From NCBI GenBank assembly GCA_964016885.1, contig OZ024741.1:215326001-215390000 (forward strand): a stretch of DNA of 64,000 nucleotides, given 5' to 3'. A model generated the notes under the pieces. It was not told the origin of the DNA. It made no database searches and saw nothing but the letters and a program-made list of their open reading frames with translations. Within the stretch, counting starts at the first letter, position 1. Every line of letters starts with the position of its first letter. This stretch comes from Eledone cirrhosa. Lineage: Eukaryota. A program made the position numbers and the translations under genes. Below are positions 41,456 to 58,382 of this stretch, one piece after another.

Positions 41456-41498
41456 ATCACTGATGAGGTCACATAATGTGTGACGAAAGAACTTTGAC
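41456..41498 (+). ncRNA. Minimal type I hammerhead ribozyme
   Basis: atca CTGATGA ggtcacataatgtgtgac GAAA gaac TT tgac. Confidence 0.72.
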
Positions 41499-41647
41499 AA
41501 TATATGAACAACCGTCCGGTTGTGGAACCAACCAACCAACCAACCGGAAATTTATAAATTTTTTTAATTTATAATAAATTGAAGTGAAAGCATCTCGTGC
41601 GTGTGGTTCCTATTGGCAACATGACTCTCCCAAAGTATAACAATATA

Positions 41648-41740
<93 letters not shown>

Positions 41741-41914
41741 ACATGTGTGTGTGTGTGTGTGTGTATGTATATATATAAATGTGTCGGGTACCTAAACTCT
41801 AATACCACAAGTATAGAGTAATCTGGTGAGTAATGGTCTAAACAGATTTTACTGCATCCATATTGATATACCATAAGTATATACACGATAATAGCAATAC
41901 TGTTATTATTAGCA

Positions 41915-42045
41915 AAGAGTTACGGCCCTTTATGGTTTCAGTTCAAATGCAGCTGAGGTTAAATTTGCCTTTCATCCTCACAGTGTCGACAAAATAAAGT
42001 ACCAGTAATACACTGGGATAATTGTGCCAAAAGTAGAAACAATTA
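41915..42045 (+). mobile_element. 5'-truncated Meta-like SINE
   Basis: Matches the 3' two-thirds of the 15854 family. Confidence 0.75.
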
Positions 42046-42403
42046 TTAAAGTTATATATATATATAGGCACAGGCATTGCACGATAGAATTAATTAATAA
42101 TCATGTATGTATGTATGTAATAATCATGTAATAATCATGTAATAATAATCATGTATGTATGTATCTCTACACTTTGCCAATATGGCTGACTAAGCACTGT
42201 TGTCCTTTGCACAGTAGAAGAATTTCCAGTATGTTTTTCGTGTACTTGTCTCTCTTTCTATTCTTTTATTTATCATTTAATCATCTAATGAAGAATTCAT
42301 ATCTGAAATGTTAAGGTTCTTTTCCTACTATGCCAAGCGTTAAAATAATATATACCTTCATTGAACAGTATCGTTCAAATGTGTTGTGTGTCATTTAATT
42401 TTA

Positions 42404-42519
<116 letters not shown>

Positions 42520-42559
42520 GAAATCAAAGAAAGCCTACATACTCATACAATTTATATTC

Positions 42560-42604
42560 GCTGACAATGTTTCATCCATACTGTGGGGCAGGAATCATCA
42601 AAGC
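42560..42604 (-). ncRNA. Type I hammerhead (U3 variant)
   Basis: gct TTGATGA t tcc..gga t GAAA cattg TC agc. Confidence 0.65.
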
Positions 42605-44861
42605 TTTATAAACAAAAATATAGTGCTGAGTATAAGCTCTACCAAGCTTAGTCACACGAACATTAGATATACAGTACATGATAATAAGAGGGAGATTGGA
42701 AATGGAAAGGATGGAGAGAATGCGTAATGGGGTTGTTATTCAACATTACAGCTACATATGAGGTTATAGGCAGGTTTTCTCACAAGAGTCGGAGGCACGT
42801 GAGGGCACACAGAAACAAATAAAGCATTTAAAGATAGTTAAAAAATGTAATAATAATATAAAAAGATAAATAAATAATTCAAAAATTAAAGCACACAAAA
42901 GCAACAGGAGAAGTTATGCATTGGTCACTATAAAGAACAGGTGATTTAGTTTCCCATGACTTAGAGTTATAGAAATACTAAGAGACCCCTGAGGTACCTT
43001 TAGAAAGTCCAAAGGGGATTTTATTCCTCCCCATAGTATACACAATCAGGGTATACCAGTAGGTTTTGGAACTAAGTAGACCAGGGGTGCTAAACCAGCA
43101 CATAGACAGGCACCACATCAATACAAGCCAAACACAGACAAAGCGGGGTTAATGCATGATCAAGCTGAAGCAAATAATACACAACAAATATGGTTTAGTA
43201 ACTGTAAAAGGCACATCTGGCGAGGAGTCACACCATATGTATATCCACCGTAGATGTTAATCCAATCAGTTTCATATGCCCCGATTGGCGAGGAGTTATA
43301 ATATAAGTAGATCGTCCGTAGATGGTAATCCAGTTTAGAAGTTACAACATATGTAGATCGTCCGTAAAGTGTAATCCAGTCGCATTCATATGCTCACCAA
43401 AACATATCAGCACATATGGTAACATGTGTTACAGGCTGATGTTACACATCAAAAATCCTCACATGTTTAAAATTCCAGACCGCGATGTGCTGTATGTCCA
43501 GGTTGCAGCTCCAAATTCCGTATAACCGTATTCGTCACACCCAGTCCAACCGCGACCGCCTCCAACCAATGCCAGGTTAAATCCAGCAGTAATTCCCCGT
43601 TGACTAATCGCGCACAGCACGTGGATTAACAATCAATACAAAACAGAAAATAACACAAAGTTTTCAAATCAGTAAATACACCAGGTACCACAGTATGTCC
43701 GTTAGGTGAGGTCGTACCCATATAGGCATACAATAATCATATAAGACAGCTCCCATACCCCGCAATAATCCAGGAACCCGGCTCCGCAAAAAATAAACAC
43801 CGTCGTTACACAATTCGTCCCAATTGCGATAAGTATATACACACACCAATCCATGACGTTAAGGCACCAATTACTGACGTTTCAATGGCAGAGAAAGGGG
43901 GACTATTCTATCACGTCGTCTATGAGGCTAGTTAATTCGAACTGCCACAAAAATTCAATCACCAAAAGTGTTATCACACTGAGTCAATATGATTAGTACA
44001 AATAAAGAACTATATTATTAATATTGGACCTCCAGAGTTGTCAAGTGGGTCATACCATATGCTATTAACGCGGTTTAACGTAGGATATGTCCATAAGACC
44101 AAAGTAAACTTTACTAATTCTATTATGGGGAAGTGTTCATACAGAGTCGGGTTCAAACAGATAGTATTATATATAGGTGCTACGGTAAAGGGAACTCTAT
44201 TTAACCTAAAGGTGCAGGTACGGTGTCCCTTGCCACGGTATGAGTCACATCTATTGCCAAGTATAGGGAGCGGGCAGTGTACGCATGTCCTGCTGCAGGA
44301 AAGGTCTTTCAATGGAACCAGATGCGCCTATATTGGTCTGTGGGACCAAGCCAAATGGGGCGAGTAGTTGAGTTATCTCCCGCATAATAGCTATGGGCTG
44401 TTATACCCGATAGAGTACCATCCGCTATCAAGGGGAGATAATTATTGGGACGCTACGCTATCCATCAGGGACCCAAAACTCAACAAATTAAATGCTGAAT
44501 CCCTGGCCCAAACGGGGCAAGGCGTACATATACACACCAGTAACCCTCGAGTTGGGGGCTGATGGGTTGTGGTAGTATCCAACCGCAGTGGAAATAGGGA
44601 AGCCACGAAGTGTAGGTCACATGGGGGTCACCCCTGGGAACTTAGACATCCGTACTGGGCTGGGCTCACCGGAAAACAACCGATTGTCAAGGAACACACA
44701 AGTGCAATCGAACAAAAAGCCCCATTGTCATACAAAATTGCATACCGAGGGAGGTCCACAGGAGGAGAAGCTAATTGGTTAAGGAAATAGGTTTAAGGAG
44801 GCGGAAAGTTGAAAGAGTGCTACAGGGTTATTGAAGAGGGAGGAGTGATATCTCGGCGGAT

Positions 44862-46912
44862 CTAGATAATTGGCTTAAAGTGGTAAAAGGAACTAAGATT
44901 CATGTGTATGCAAGAAGAAAATATTTCTGATTTCCTATTGAGCGGGTTACATCTAGAGTATATTATGGCCTGAGACTCTAGAAGGCACAGGTTACAAGTT
45001 TTGCTCGGGGGGGGGGGGCAGGAGGGCGTAGATTTAGTTACCAATCTCCAATTAAGGGTATAATCAATACTAGCATTTTTTTAAAAATAAATATATTTAG
45101 CCAGGGAGGTGGTATTCCTGAGCCTATCGTAACTAAATGTATATTTGTGGGAGTTGTATCTAGTCTTAAATGAGGTAGAAGTAGATCCCACATATGTTTT
45201 GGTGGAAGTCGCCGTTACAACATCACATGCATAAACTATGTTTCTCATGAGGCATTGCCCTTCAAAGGGCATTTTTCCCTCCCTCTACAATTACAGTTGC
45301 GGTGTGTATTGCTCTTTGTGTCTTGGGAGGGCTGGCTGGTAAAACCTTCCCGATGTGGTATTTGTTCTTCCGAGGTGTTGCTACCACCATCAGGCTCCTT
45401 ATTTCCCAATGTGTTAGGTTGCTGGTGGTTACTTACAGATTTGTTGGTGTCGAACCCTACTCTAATTTTCCTATTATTAGTGCGTGCTAGGTGGTAGCCC
45501 AGGTTTGAGGTAGTGGAGTAAGATAATTTAATCGTATTTTTATTAATTATACTATGGTATCTACTGCCAGGCGGGAAATTCCTTTCTAGGATTAAGAAGA
45601 AGGTTTTGGGAATGTTAGTTAAGATTTCCGAGTTGTAGGGTGGGTTAAAGTATGTGTTTAGTCTTCTTCTATTTTTTTCTATTTTTCCTCACAAGAGACG
45701 GGTTACTGTTAGAACTACCATTACCCCTACCACCATCAATATTATTGCCAAAATATAGCTGCTGTGAAATTCCTGCACTATTTTGGTCACTACTCACATC
45801 AATAACTCCACTGTGCGTTGAGATTCTAGATCCCATCATACCGCTATTAGTGTTATTAGCAGGAATATGGGGAAGATGCACAATAGGGCCATTCTGTGGG
45901 GGCCGGGCCGAACTATTCACCATAGGAGTCTTACCCCTACTCCTATTTCTATTACTATTATTATTCAAAGACTTATTGTGCGTAATTATACTATTTGGTC
46001 CAGCATGGGTGGATTGGTAGCTACTAGGTATGTAATACAACTTATTCCTATAGTTGAACTTTGCTAGTGCATCATTATAATATTCAACATTAGAATTAAA
46101 TACGTCCTCGTTACATGATAAACGGCTAATCTTATTAGATACGCCTTTAATAATTGCATTTAGTACTGATTGAGGATGGTTAGAATCAGCATTCACATAT
46201 GTTAGTCTCTCATTAGGTTTATGATAAGGTGTGAAGATCTTATTTTCTAGGTCAAGTGTTACATCTAGGAAATTAACTGTTTTATTATTCCTATCCATAG
46301 TGATATTGAGGTTAAAACCTTTAAAGTATTTACGTAGGTCCTTCTTTGTACTTTCAAAGTTATATTTTTTATGCTTAAGGGTGAGGAGGGCATCGTCACG
46401 GTATAGTCCACCGCGAAGATACGGAAGTGCTTATGCAGCTCATGGAGGAGGTAAATTCCAACTAAATAAGTGACCTGTGCTGAGTCACCAGAACCCATTT
46501 TGATATCAAAGTTGTTAGGTGTGTTCTTCCGGGTCCATAATTGCTCCTCAAACAGGATTGTAGTTTTACGTGCGGCAACAACGATATCAATTTGGGATCT
46601 GGTTAGATCACTATTCTGCATGGCCAGGATGAGGGCCTTGTTCAAATGGATGGGAGATATAGAGGTGTAATACGAATCAATTTCAAATTGGACAAACATA
46701 AGGGATTTATGGTTACTAATGCTGGAAAACCATTTAATCACTTCCTCCGTATTCCCCCACAGGGTAAGGTAAATTTTACTTCTATTTACAGGTATAACTC
46801 CATCTAAAATCTTCTTACTTATGATCCCTATGTCAGATTTAGATTGGCCTATCAGTCTAACAGAGGGGTTGCTAATAAAGTCTTCCTTGTGATCTTTTAG
46901 TGTAAACCTAGT
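44862..46912 (-). pseudogene. PLE RT + zinc-binding linker + GIY-YIG endonuclease, frameshifted
   Basis: FTLKDHK, VRLIGQSKSDIG, FEIDSYY, FDIKMGSGDSAQVTYLVG, GGLYRDD, VNFLDV, YFNPPYN, CNC..CPFEGQCL, IVYAC..YVG, RYNSHK, CNLCLLE, LNRKSE..C.H. Confidence 0.9.
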
Positions 46913-48078
46913 GATTATGGCGGGGTATGGGAGCTGTCTTATATGATTATTGTATGCCTATATGGGTACGACCTCACCTAACGGACATACTGTGGTACCT
47001 GGTGGATTTACTGATTTGAACAGTTTGTGTTAATTTCTGTTTTGTATTGATTGTTAATCCACGTGCTGTGCGCGATTGGTCAACGGGGAATTACTGCTGG
47101 ATTTAACCTGGCATTGGTTGGAGGCGGTCGCGGTTGGATTGGGTGTGACGAATACGGTTATACGGAATTTGGAGCTGCAACCTGGACATACAGCACATCG
47201 CGGTCTGGAAATTTAAACATGTGAGGATTTTTGATGTTTAACATCAGTCTGTAACATATGTTACCATACGTGCTGATATGTTTTGCTGAGCATATTAATG
47301 CGACTGGATTACATTTTACGGACGATCTACATATGTTGTAACTTCTAAACTGGATTACCATCTACGGACGATCTACTTATATTATAACTCCTCGCCAATC
47401 GGGGCATATGAAACCGATTGGATTAACATCTACGGTGGATATACATATGGTGTGACTCCTCACCAGATGTGCCTTATACAGGTACTAAACCATATTTGTT
47501 GTGTATTATTTGCTTCAGCTTGATCATGCATTAACCCCGCTTTGTCTGTGTTTGGCTTGTATTGATGTGGTGCCTGTCTATGTGCATGTTTAGCACCCCT
47601 GGTCTACTTAGTTCCAAAACCTAATGGTATACCCTGATTATGTATACTATGGGGAGGAATAAAATCCCGTTTGGACTTTCTAAAGGTACCTCAGGGGTCT
47701 CTTAGTATTTCTATAGCTCTAAGTCATGGGAAACTAAATCACCTGTTCTTTATAGTGATCAATGCATAACTTCCCCTGTTGCTTTTGTGTGCTTTAATTT
47801 TTGAATTATTTATTTATCTTTTTATATTATTATTACATTTTTTAACTATCTTTAAATGCTTTATTTGTTTCTGTGTGCCCTCACGTGCCTCCGACTCTTG
47901 TGAGAAAACCTGCCTATAACCTCATATGTAGCTGTAATGTTGAATAACAACCCCATTACGCATTCTCTCCATCCTTTCCATTTCCAATCTCCCTCTTATT
48001 ATCATGTACTGTATATCTAATGTTCGTGTGACTAAGCTTGGTAGAGCTTATACTCAGCACTATATTTTTGTTTATAAA

Positions 48079-48123
48079 GCTTTGATGATTCCAGCCCCAC
48101 GGTATGGATGACACATTGTCAGC
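48079..48123 (+). ncRNA. Hammerhead copy with core mutation GAAA>GACA
   Basis: Inverted copy of 42560-42604. Confidence 0.55.
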
Positions 48124-48296
48124 TAATAAATAGTGTATGAGTATGTAGGCTTTCTTTGATTTCTATTACATATAACGGATGTGTTCTTGTACATTGAGCT
48201 AATACAATACTGTCACAAATACGACACGGTGTAGGTGCGATTATGCACATACGCTTCGTTGTCTATGTAAATATATATATATATATATATATATAT

Positions 48297-48927
<631 letters not shown>

Positions 48928-49007
48928 GTATGTAAAAGGTAAACAGAAATAACAACACAATCGTATACGGTATATATTAGGTTGACGCTTGATATAGCAG
49001 GAAGAGT

Positions 49008-49043
49008 GTCATAACGTTTCGGACGCGAGTCCTTCATCAGAAG
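49008..49043 (-). ncRNA. Minimal hammerhead core in a short PLE-derived repeat (~48935-49075; decayed homolog at ~42280-42400, + strand)
   Basis: CTGATGA a ggac-tcgc-gtcc GAAA cgtt; stem I unclear. Confidence 0.6.
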
Positions 49044-49142
49044 AAAGAATGATAAATAAATAGATTGACGGGACGAGATATATATATATATATGGAGGAG
49101 GGGGTGTAATTGGGTTGTGTGTATGTATTCGTATGTGTGTGT

Positions 49143-49330
49143 GGGTGGATTGGCAGTATCGTTGGAGCGTCGGACGCCAGGAATTTCAGCATAGAGTCAC
49201 GTCCCTTTAAGATCTGAGTTCAAATCCCGCCGACGTTAACTTTGCCTTTCATCCTTACGGGGTCGATTAATTAAAGAACCAGTAAGACACTGGGATAACT
49301 GCTGGCCTTGTGCCAAAAGTAGAAACAATT
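49143..49330 (+). mobile_element. Meta-like SINE
   Basis: Near full-length match to 15854-16041. Confidence 0.85.
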
Positions 49331-49400
49331 ATATATATATATATTAAATTCAAATATTAATAAAAATAAAATAGATGTTCTTGTGATCAATTAAATTTTA

Positions 49401-49457
49401 TTATACATATTTCAGAGGTTCTTGAATCAAGTTCAATAGTACGTCCTCATCAGATAA
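49401..49457 (-). ncRNA. Hammerhead-like motif
   Basis: Inverted copy of 51387-51443. Confidence 0.55.
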
Positions 49458-50930
49458 AATAAAATGATACATGACATAGCCTGATATGTTAAATGGTTAA
49501 GATTTAATCAAGGTAGTGATTAACTTTTTAGAAAACACAATATTTATACCCTACAAATGCGAAAACGTAATAGAATCAATAGAGAGGGTGTGAGTAAGAA
49601 AAAGATTGCTTTAATGTAACAGTTATAGAGTTATTAAAGTTTGAAATACTACTGTAGGACTATAGAGGAAGACTATAGATATCTGGAGTTATAATTTTTT
49701 AATTTTTAGTTTGAGAATGCAACTGATAGATAATTAAAGAGAGAGAGATAAAGGGGAGTAATTTATGCACAAATATTCTTCACTCACATATATACATGTA
49801 TAGCCTTGTCGGTTAAATTTCAAAATATTAATTTATGTTATTTTAGGGTAACGAATCAACATTTTAGGTTTTAAAAGTTGATGGTTATTTGTGTTATAAA
49901 TTTTATAAATTATATAAATATGATAAATTTCTAAAATTCAAAGTTTTATGAAATCAAATTTAAAGGATTTACTAGGCCCGCGAAAGAAAATATATACTGT
50001 TCAATATTCACGCAAAGGTAATCTTTAACAATATTACTTGTAACAGTGTCAACATTTTCCCTATGTATAGTTAATGAAATATTTACAGTTATAATTATCA
50101 AGGAATTTATTGTTAAATAGTTATAGTGTCTAAAGTATCACAATTAAACCAGAATTTTCAACTGTAAATATATATATATATGTGTGCATTGATCTTAATA
50201 AGAGGACTATAAATTATTATTTTTATTATCTATTCATATATTATATTAGATCATTACATTAGTTCAGCCTTCTAGGGAAGAACCGAACTCTAATTATGAT
50301 TATGTCAATATACAATATAAATATATATATATTTGGACAAGCTATATATAGAGTTATACCGAACTAAAATTATGATTGTGTTATTATACATTATAAACGT
50401 ATTTGCACAAAATTATATACAGAGGTATGCTGAACTATAATTATGATTATGTTATACAATATAAACATATTTGCACCAACTACATATAGAGAGATATACT
50501 AAGTATTAATGAGACGGTATACATTTAGTAAAGGATAACGATTACAATCCTAGATAATAGATTCATACATGCATAACTATAACATACATAGATATATATA
50601 AAAATGTAAAGGCATGAATGATCCACAGTCAAAATAAGGTCCGTAAAAATTTACAGGTTAGATATCAAAACTATATTTAAAACAGTGATAGAAAAATAAA
50701 GGTCTGGATCAAAGTTAATAATATCCCAAAAGCCATAGGTTATGTATATCAACCTGCCAACATGTACTTAAACAAGTGTCAATTCGTTCAAACGTTGTTT
50801 GCATTATAAATGATTATAAGATAAAGCATTATTAGAGTTGTATAAGCCATTATGATTTATATTTTCAACAATTGATGATGTACGTCTAAAACCCAGGCTT
50901 GGTTGGTTACTGTTTTTTCCTGACCTTATG

Positions 50931-51308
50931 TCAGGCTTGGAATGTAGACAAAGCTTTATGAAGGCAGTTTGAGAATAATTCACTTTTTTTGTGAATTAAG
51001 TTTTCATAATTATCAATTATCAATAGGGTCTCCATTGTACAAAGGGCGCAGTTACTTGATATACTTGAGTTGCGAAAAACTCCACTATTACAAAGTTTCG
51101 TCCAAAAGATAGAGTATTTTAAATTTTTGTCTTTTAATGACCATATAAGCTGTGATAAAGAAGTCGATGATTTCCTATTAGAATTCGAAAATGAGCATTT
51201 ATGATTCGCAAATCTAGCCTTAAATGTAGAAGAAGTCGATCCTATGTAGTTGTATGTGTTCTAATCAGTTTTTACGGCGCATTTATACACCAAATTACTG
51301 TCCAAACA
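50931..51308 (-). pseudogene. PLE GIY-YIG endonuclease domain (one internal stop)
   Basis: CLDSNLVYKCAVKTD*NTYNYIGSTSSTFKARFANHK..TSLS..CALCTME..KKSELFSNCLH; absent from the supplied ORF track. Confidence 0.88.
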
Positions 51309-51386
51309 GTTAATTACAAGTTAATCACTACCTTGATTAAATCTTAACCATTTAACATGTTAGGGTATGTCATGTATCATTTTATT

Positions 51387-51443
51387 TTATCTGATGAGGA
51401 CGTACTATTGAACTTGATTCAAGTACCTCTGAAATATGTATAA
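51387..51443 (+). ncRNA. Hammerhead-like motif
   Basis: ttat CTGATGA ggac gtac ta ttgaa-cttga-ttcaa gtac ctct GAAA tatgta taa. Confidence 0.6.
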
Positions 51444-51589
51444 TACAATTTAATTGATCACAAGAAAATCTATTTTATTAATATTTGAATTTAATATTAA
51501 TAACTCTGGAAAATATCCTACTGTAGAGTGCTTTCAATCTACTATAAAACTCATTCTTTGATGTACTCATTGAATCTTGTTTAACTCTT

Positions 51590-52891
<1,302 letters not shown>

Positions 52892-53079
52892 GTAGATAAA
52901 TCTACCAAGAGTTTACGGTAGTGTCCAATCCGTATGAAGAACTCAATGTATTCCGGATATCATGGAAAGAAGAGATGTAATGAAAATCCACTTTCGGTGA
53001 AAGATAAACGGTATACAGAGTCAAGATAAAATATTAAACAAATAATGAATAAACAATTCCTTATATTAAACAAAAAAAG

Positions 53080-53234
53080 TTCATTATTTAACGATCGTTT
53101 CTAGGGTATATATGTGTTATAATTGGTATGCATATTCAACAGATCTATGTACAAAATTATACAAAATTATACAAATTATCAAGATTAAATATACATACCT
53201 AACACATATATACGCCGTCTTCAGAAATAATGAA
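53080..53234 (-). ncRNA. Type I hammerhead with very long stem II
   Basis: Mirror copy of 63507-63661. Confidence 0.85.
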
Positions 53235-54058
53235 GTATATTTATTGATAATAACAACAATTCAAAATATCAGTTCAAAATTGACCAATGAAAACACAAAG
53301 GGTTAAAAGCAGTTCGGTGTGTGTATATACATGTAAAATCCTTACACATATTTTACAATAATGTGTGTATAATTTGTATGCGCATACTAAAAAGATGGAT
53401 GCAAACACAAAATTTCAAGGTTAATATCTCTGTAAGCTTAATGCGCTGATAAGATGCGCATTGATACTTATGGAGTCAAGCATATAAATATATTTTTTCA
53501 TACTCACACATATCAGTATAATCACACATACATGCGCGTATATGCATAAATATACACACAACCACGAACATACAAACACACACACTCCCCCACTCACATT
53601 TATATATGTGGATATAAAATCATAAGCACATAGAAATTAAGTCACTCACATAAAACACTGGCACACACATTTCAAGATCAAGATACAGAAATTAGGTGGG
53701 AGGGGGGGGGGGAGGGGTCAGTATTCAATTGTCTGAGCAGACTGCCTAATATAAATGTATCTATAAATTAAGAAAAATAAAAAAATAAAAACAATAAAAT
53801 ATAATAAATATAATATAATGTACATACACATACAGATATATATACACACATACATACATGTACGCGCACATAGAGATATTTACGCATACACACATACACA
53901 CATACATATACAGTCATACACACACATACACTTACACGAACATACACATACACATATAAAAAGATATATATATACACACACACATGCGCAACACATACAC
54001 ACATACACATATATATAAAAAATAGATAATAAAGATATATATCCATATATATATATAT

Positions 54059-54109
<51 letters not shown>

Positions 54110-54198
54110 TATACATATACATACACATACATCTAAATATACATACACATACATACACACATACATGTACATACATGTACATACATATACGCACATCG

Positions 54199-54244
<46 letters not shown>

Positions 54245-54565
54245 TCACATAGACATAAAGATACATACACACACAACTTACATACACACGTATATATATA
54301 TATATATATAGATGTACCTTCATACATAGAATTAGATATATAATCATACATACATATGCACCTACTTATACTCATATAAATAAATACATACGCTTTCATA
54401 TATGTGTATATACATAAAAAACAATACAACCTCACCAAACTCAGACATACAAATGAAAATAATAATAAAAAGGCATATGTATATACATACACACACGCAT
54501 TAATAGAGATATATATATATACACACATACATACACACACACTATACACACACACACATATATAT

Positions 54566-54618
<53 letters not shown>

Positions 54619-54622
54619 TAGA

Positions 54623-54659
<37 letters not shown>

Positions 54660-54749
54660 ATATATATCCACACACTCATACCACCATAAATACACATACA
54701 AACACCCACATGTATATATATATATATATCTATATACACACACGTATAC

Positions 54750-54784
<35 letters not shown>

Positions 54785-55091
54785 CACACACATAAAAAAC
54801 AGACATGCACATATATATATATATATATATTTCATTACTCTTATATATACACATATTATATATACATACACAACCTCACTTATACACATATACACATAAG
54901 TTATATTACAATAATAATAAAGAATAATATACATATATATATATACATATACATATATATATATATATATATATACATACATACATACACATACATACAT
55001 ACACATAAATATATACATACATAAATACACACATACGAATAAAGACATATATTCACACATAGACACCTATACATATATATATCTATATATC

Positions 55092-55129
<38 letters not shown>

Positions 55130-56279
55130 CACATACACACACACACACACACACAGACACACATACACACTCACATATATATATATATATATGTGTATGT
55201 GAGTGTGCGCACATACACATATATACACACACACATACAAACACACACAAACACATACATATGCATACGTGCACACACATACACATATATCACATAGATA
55301 CGAAGATAAACATATAAATAGAGAGACATACATATATATACACAACACACATACACATACATACATACACGCATATACATATACATACATATATACACAT
55401 ATATATATTCCTATATATACAAGCATACACATACATACACATATATACACATACATACACATATACATACAACACATTCACATACACATACATATATAAT
55501 ACATATATATACATATATATACATACATATGTATGTACAATCATATATACACACACAATCTTACATTCATATTTGCATGCTCATATATGTATTTTTATAT
55601 TTAGATATAAATACCCAAACCTATATAGACACCTACCTACATATATATTCATATATAGACGCTTACAAATACAGATGATAATAGTATGGGGGAAAGGGGG
55701 GGTTTGGAGAAGGGGATCAAAGTAAATATATGTTTCAAGAAACATATAATATTTTCCGTATCTTAATTCAATGTATGTTCTTACATATTTTCAGTGCTAG
55801 GAAATACGAAATCTATGCATCTCAAAATAAATAAGTATACCATTAATCATATGTTAACTAAACCAAAGATAGTCAACATATTGATTTCTAAGGTGTAAAT
55901 TAGTTAGGTTTATAATATTTGAAGCAGAATTTTGAAGTCAAACAGTAGTAGATTATTAATTACATTATAACTAAATTAAAGTTAATAACGTTATGGTATC
56001 AATATTAGGAGATGAATTTAGTAATAGGGAAAAGAAACCCAAATAAAAATAAAATAAAGTATTACATCGGTAGTAGCATATAAATTATATGTTAACTAAA
56101 TTAAAAATTATATATTTATTTCAATAGTATACGTTAATTAGTATATGTTAATTAGGTATACAATACATAAAGCAGATATTGTATTTCATCAATAGCATAA
56201 TATAATTATATGCAAATAGAAATCAAAATTAATACGCATACATATACATATACATACACATACACATATACATACATAT

Positions 56280-56318
<39 letters not shown>

Positions 56319-56854
56319 TACATATATACACACATATACATACATACAGATACACATACACAACACACACATATACATATACATATACATATACATATCT
56401 TTTTCAAAAAATTGCACAGAATATATTAACTAGGTATATATCCAAAACACATCCCATTCTATGATTACATGACATTCTGCAATTCGTCTGTATAAGGATA
56501 CTAATTTTAAGCAAATTAAAATTAAAGTTTTATGTTGATTAAAACTAAAACCAAATAATAAATATATTTCCAAAATGTATATTAATTAGGTCTATAATAC
56601 TAAAAATTCTTTCTCCGTCATTGGATACATGATATTATTTTGTTATATTTTATCTGTAAAAGAATTATAATAAAAGGTTTAAATAAATTAAAATTAATCT
56701 ATAAATTAAATTACTAAGTATATATTAGTAATATTTAAATGTTTTTCACAATTTATGATTACATAATATTTTCTCATCTGTAATAAAATATTAATTAAAT
56801 TAAATTTATAGGTTAACTAACATTTAAATTAAATTAATTTCTAGAATAATGTTA

Positions 56855-58370
56855 TTAATTAGGTTTATAATATTTAAATGTTTTTTTTAGTTTATGATTA
56901 CACGATATAATTAATTCCTGTCGTTTATTTAATAAGATATCCTTAGACTTCATTATTTCAAATAGTTCTTGGGAACATAATCTACATTCCTTTCTATTAT
57001 TTTGATAAGGGGTGGCTCTTTTGAGCACACTCCAGGTCAAATCATATTTTATATTCTTATTTTTATAACTATTGATTTTTTCTGCTAGAGATGTTGTATT
57101 AGCCAGTGCGGCATTTTTAAAACTATGTTTGTGGGTATTAAACCTTGTCTTAAAATTGTTAGAGGTAGCTCCTATATATATGAGCAAATAGAATCTTTAG
57201 TTTTAACATTACATTTATAGACTATGTTGTTAACAAGACAATTCCCTTTTAATGGGCAGTTTGTTTTGTTTCTACAGTTACATCCTTTCGTTAATTCTGT
57301 ATTTGAGGAGATATTATTGTTAATTTGATGTACTGGTGGTATACTTATGGTTTTCTTACATTTATATGCATTATATGCACTTATATTTTGTTTTATGTTA
57401 TTTGTTGTAGAGTATGAGAATTTAACTGTAGACCTATTTAAGATTTGATGGTATTTGTGGTTTGGCGGGAAGTTTTTCTCAAGGATATAAAAAAATTTTT
57501 TAGCAATATTATCCTTAACTTGTAAATTAAAAGGAGCATTATACCAAGTAACTCGTCTATTACGGTTTCTATGTTGTTTATTATTTTTATTATTTTTATA
57601 GGTTGTATCATGATTTTTACTAGGAGGATTAATGTTAATGATCTCACCACAACTATTTTTAGTTATATTTGTAGATTTAGGTGTTTTATCTTTTTTATTA
57701 GGAGTTTTATTATTAATATTTATTATAGTTGTATGATGAGTAGTTTTTTGAGGGTTACTATACTTTATATTAGAAGATTTAGTATTTTGGGGTATATTGT
57801 GGGTGGCATTTAGGTGTGTACTTTTCATTTGGTGTTTGTTGGTAATATTATGCTGTATGCTTTCAGTATTTTTAGTAGAAGGTATATACTCTAATCTATT
57901 TTTGTGGCCACTTCTATCTAGAGCTTCATTATAAAAGGTCGCATTTTTATCAAATACATCTTGGTTAGAAGAAAGGTTAGAAATTCTAAGTGATATATTA
58001 TATGCAAGGTTTTTAAGGATAGATTTAGGGTGATTAGATTGTGAGTGTATGTAATGTAAGTTTTGGTTAGGTTTATGGTAAGGTTGGTATATACCCGTAG
58101 CTAAATCTAAAGTTATATCTAGGAAATTTACTACTTTACTTGTTTTTTCAAAAGTAATATTAAGATTATAATAGTCTTTAAGGAAAGTTCTAATATGTTT
58201 TTTGTTTTTTTCGATTTCTGAAAGGCTAAGGTTGTTAGAAAGAAGAAGACAGTCATCACGATATAAACCACCTTTGAGGTGGGGAAAAGAGGCATTTATG
58301 TTGAAAAGGAGAAAGAGGCCCACAAGATCAGTAATTTGGGCGGAATCGCTTGAACCCATAGTAATATCAA
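56855..58370 (-). pseudogene. Mirror copy of the PLE ORF with a +2 (TA) frameshift at ~57173-57181
   Basis: Identical translation except for one extra TA unit at SYIG. Confidence 0.9.
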
Positions 58371-58382
58371 AAAGATTACTGT

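Larger units (their letters stand above)
41181..41646. mobile_element. ORF-less fold-back pLTR element (arms 41238-41422 / 41453-41646, tail 41181-41237)
   Basis: ~190-bp inverted arms, 30-nt spacer, (TA)n on both sides, one hammerhead per arm. Confidence 0.85.

Noticed and set aside
43322-44790. Short ORFs in the PLE 3' UTR as cargo genes
   Set aside because: All are under 110 aa with no motifs; the duplicate at 47158-47361 is only the inverted arm.
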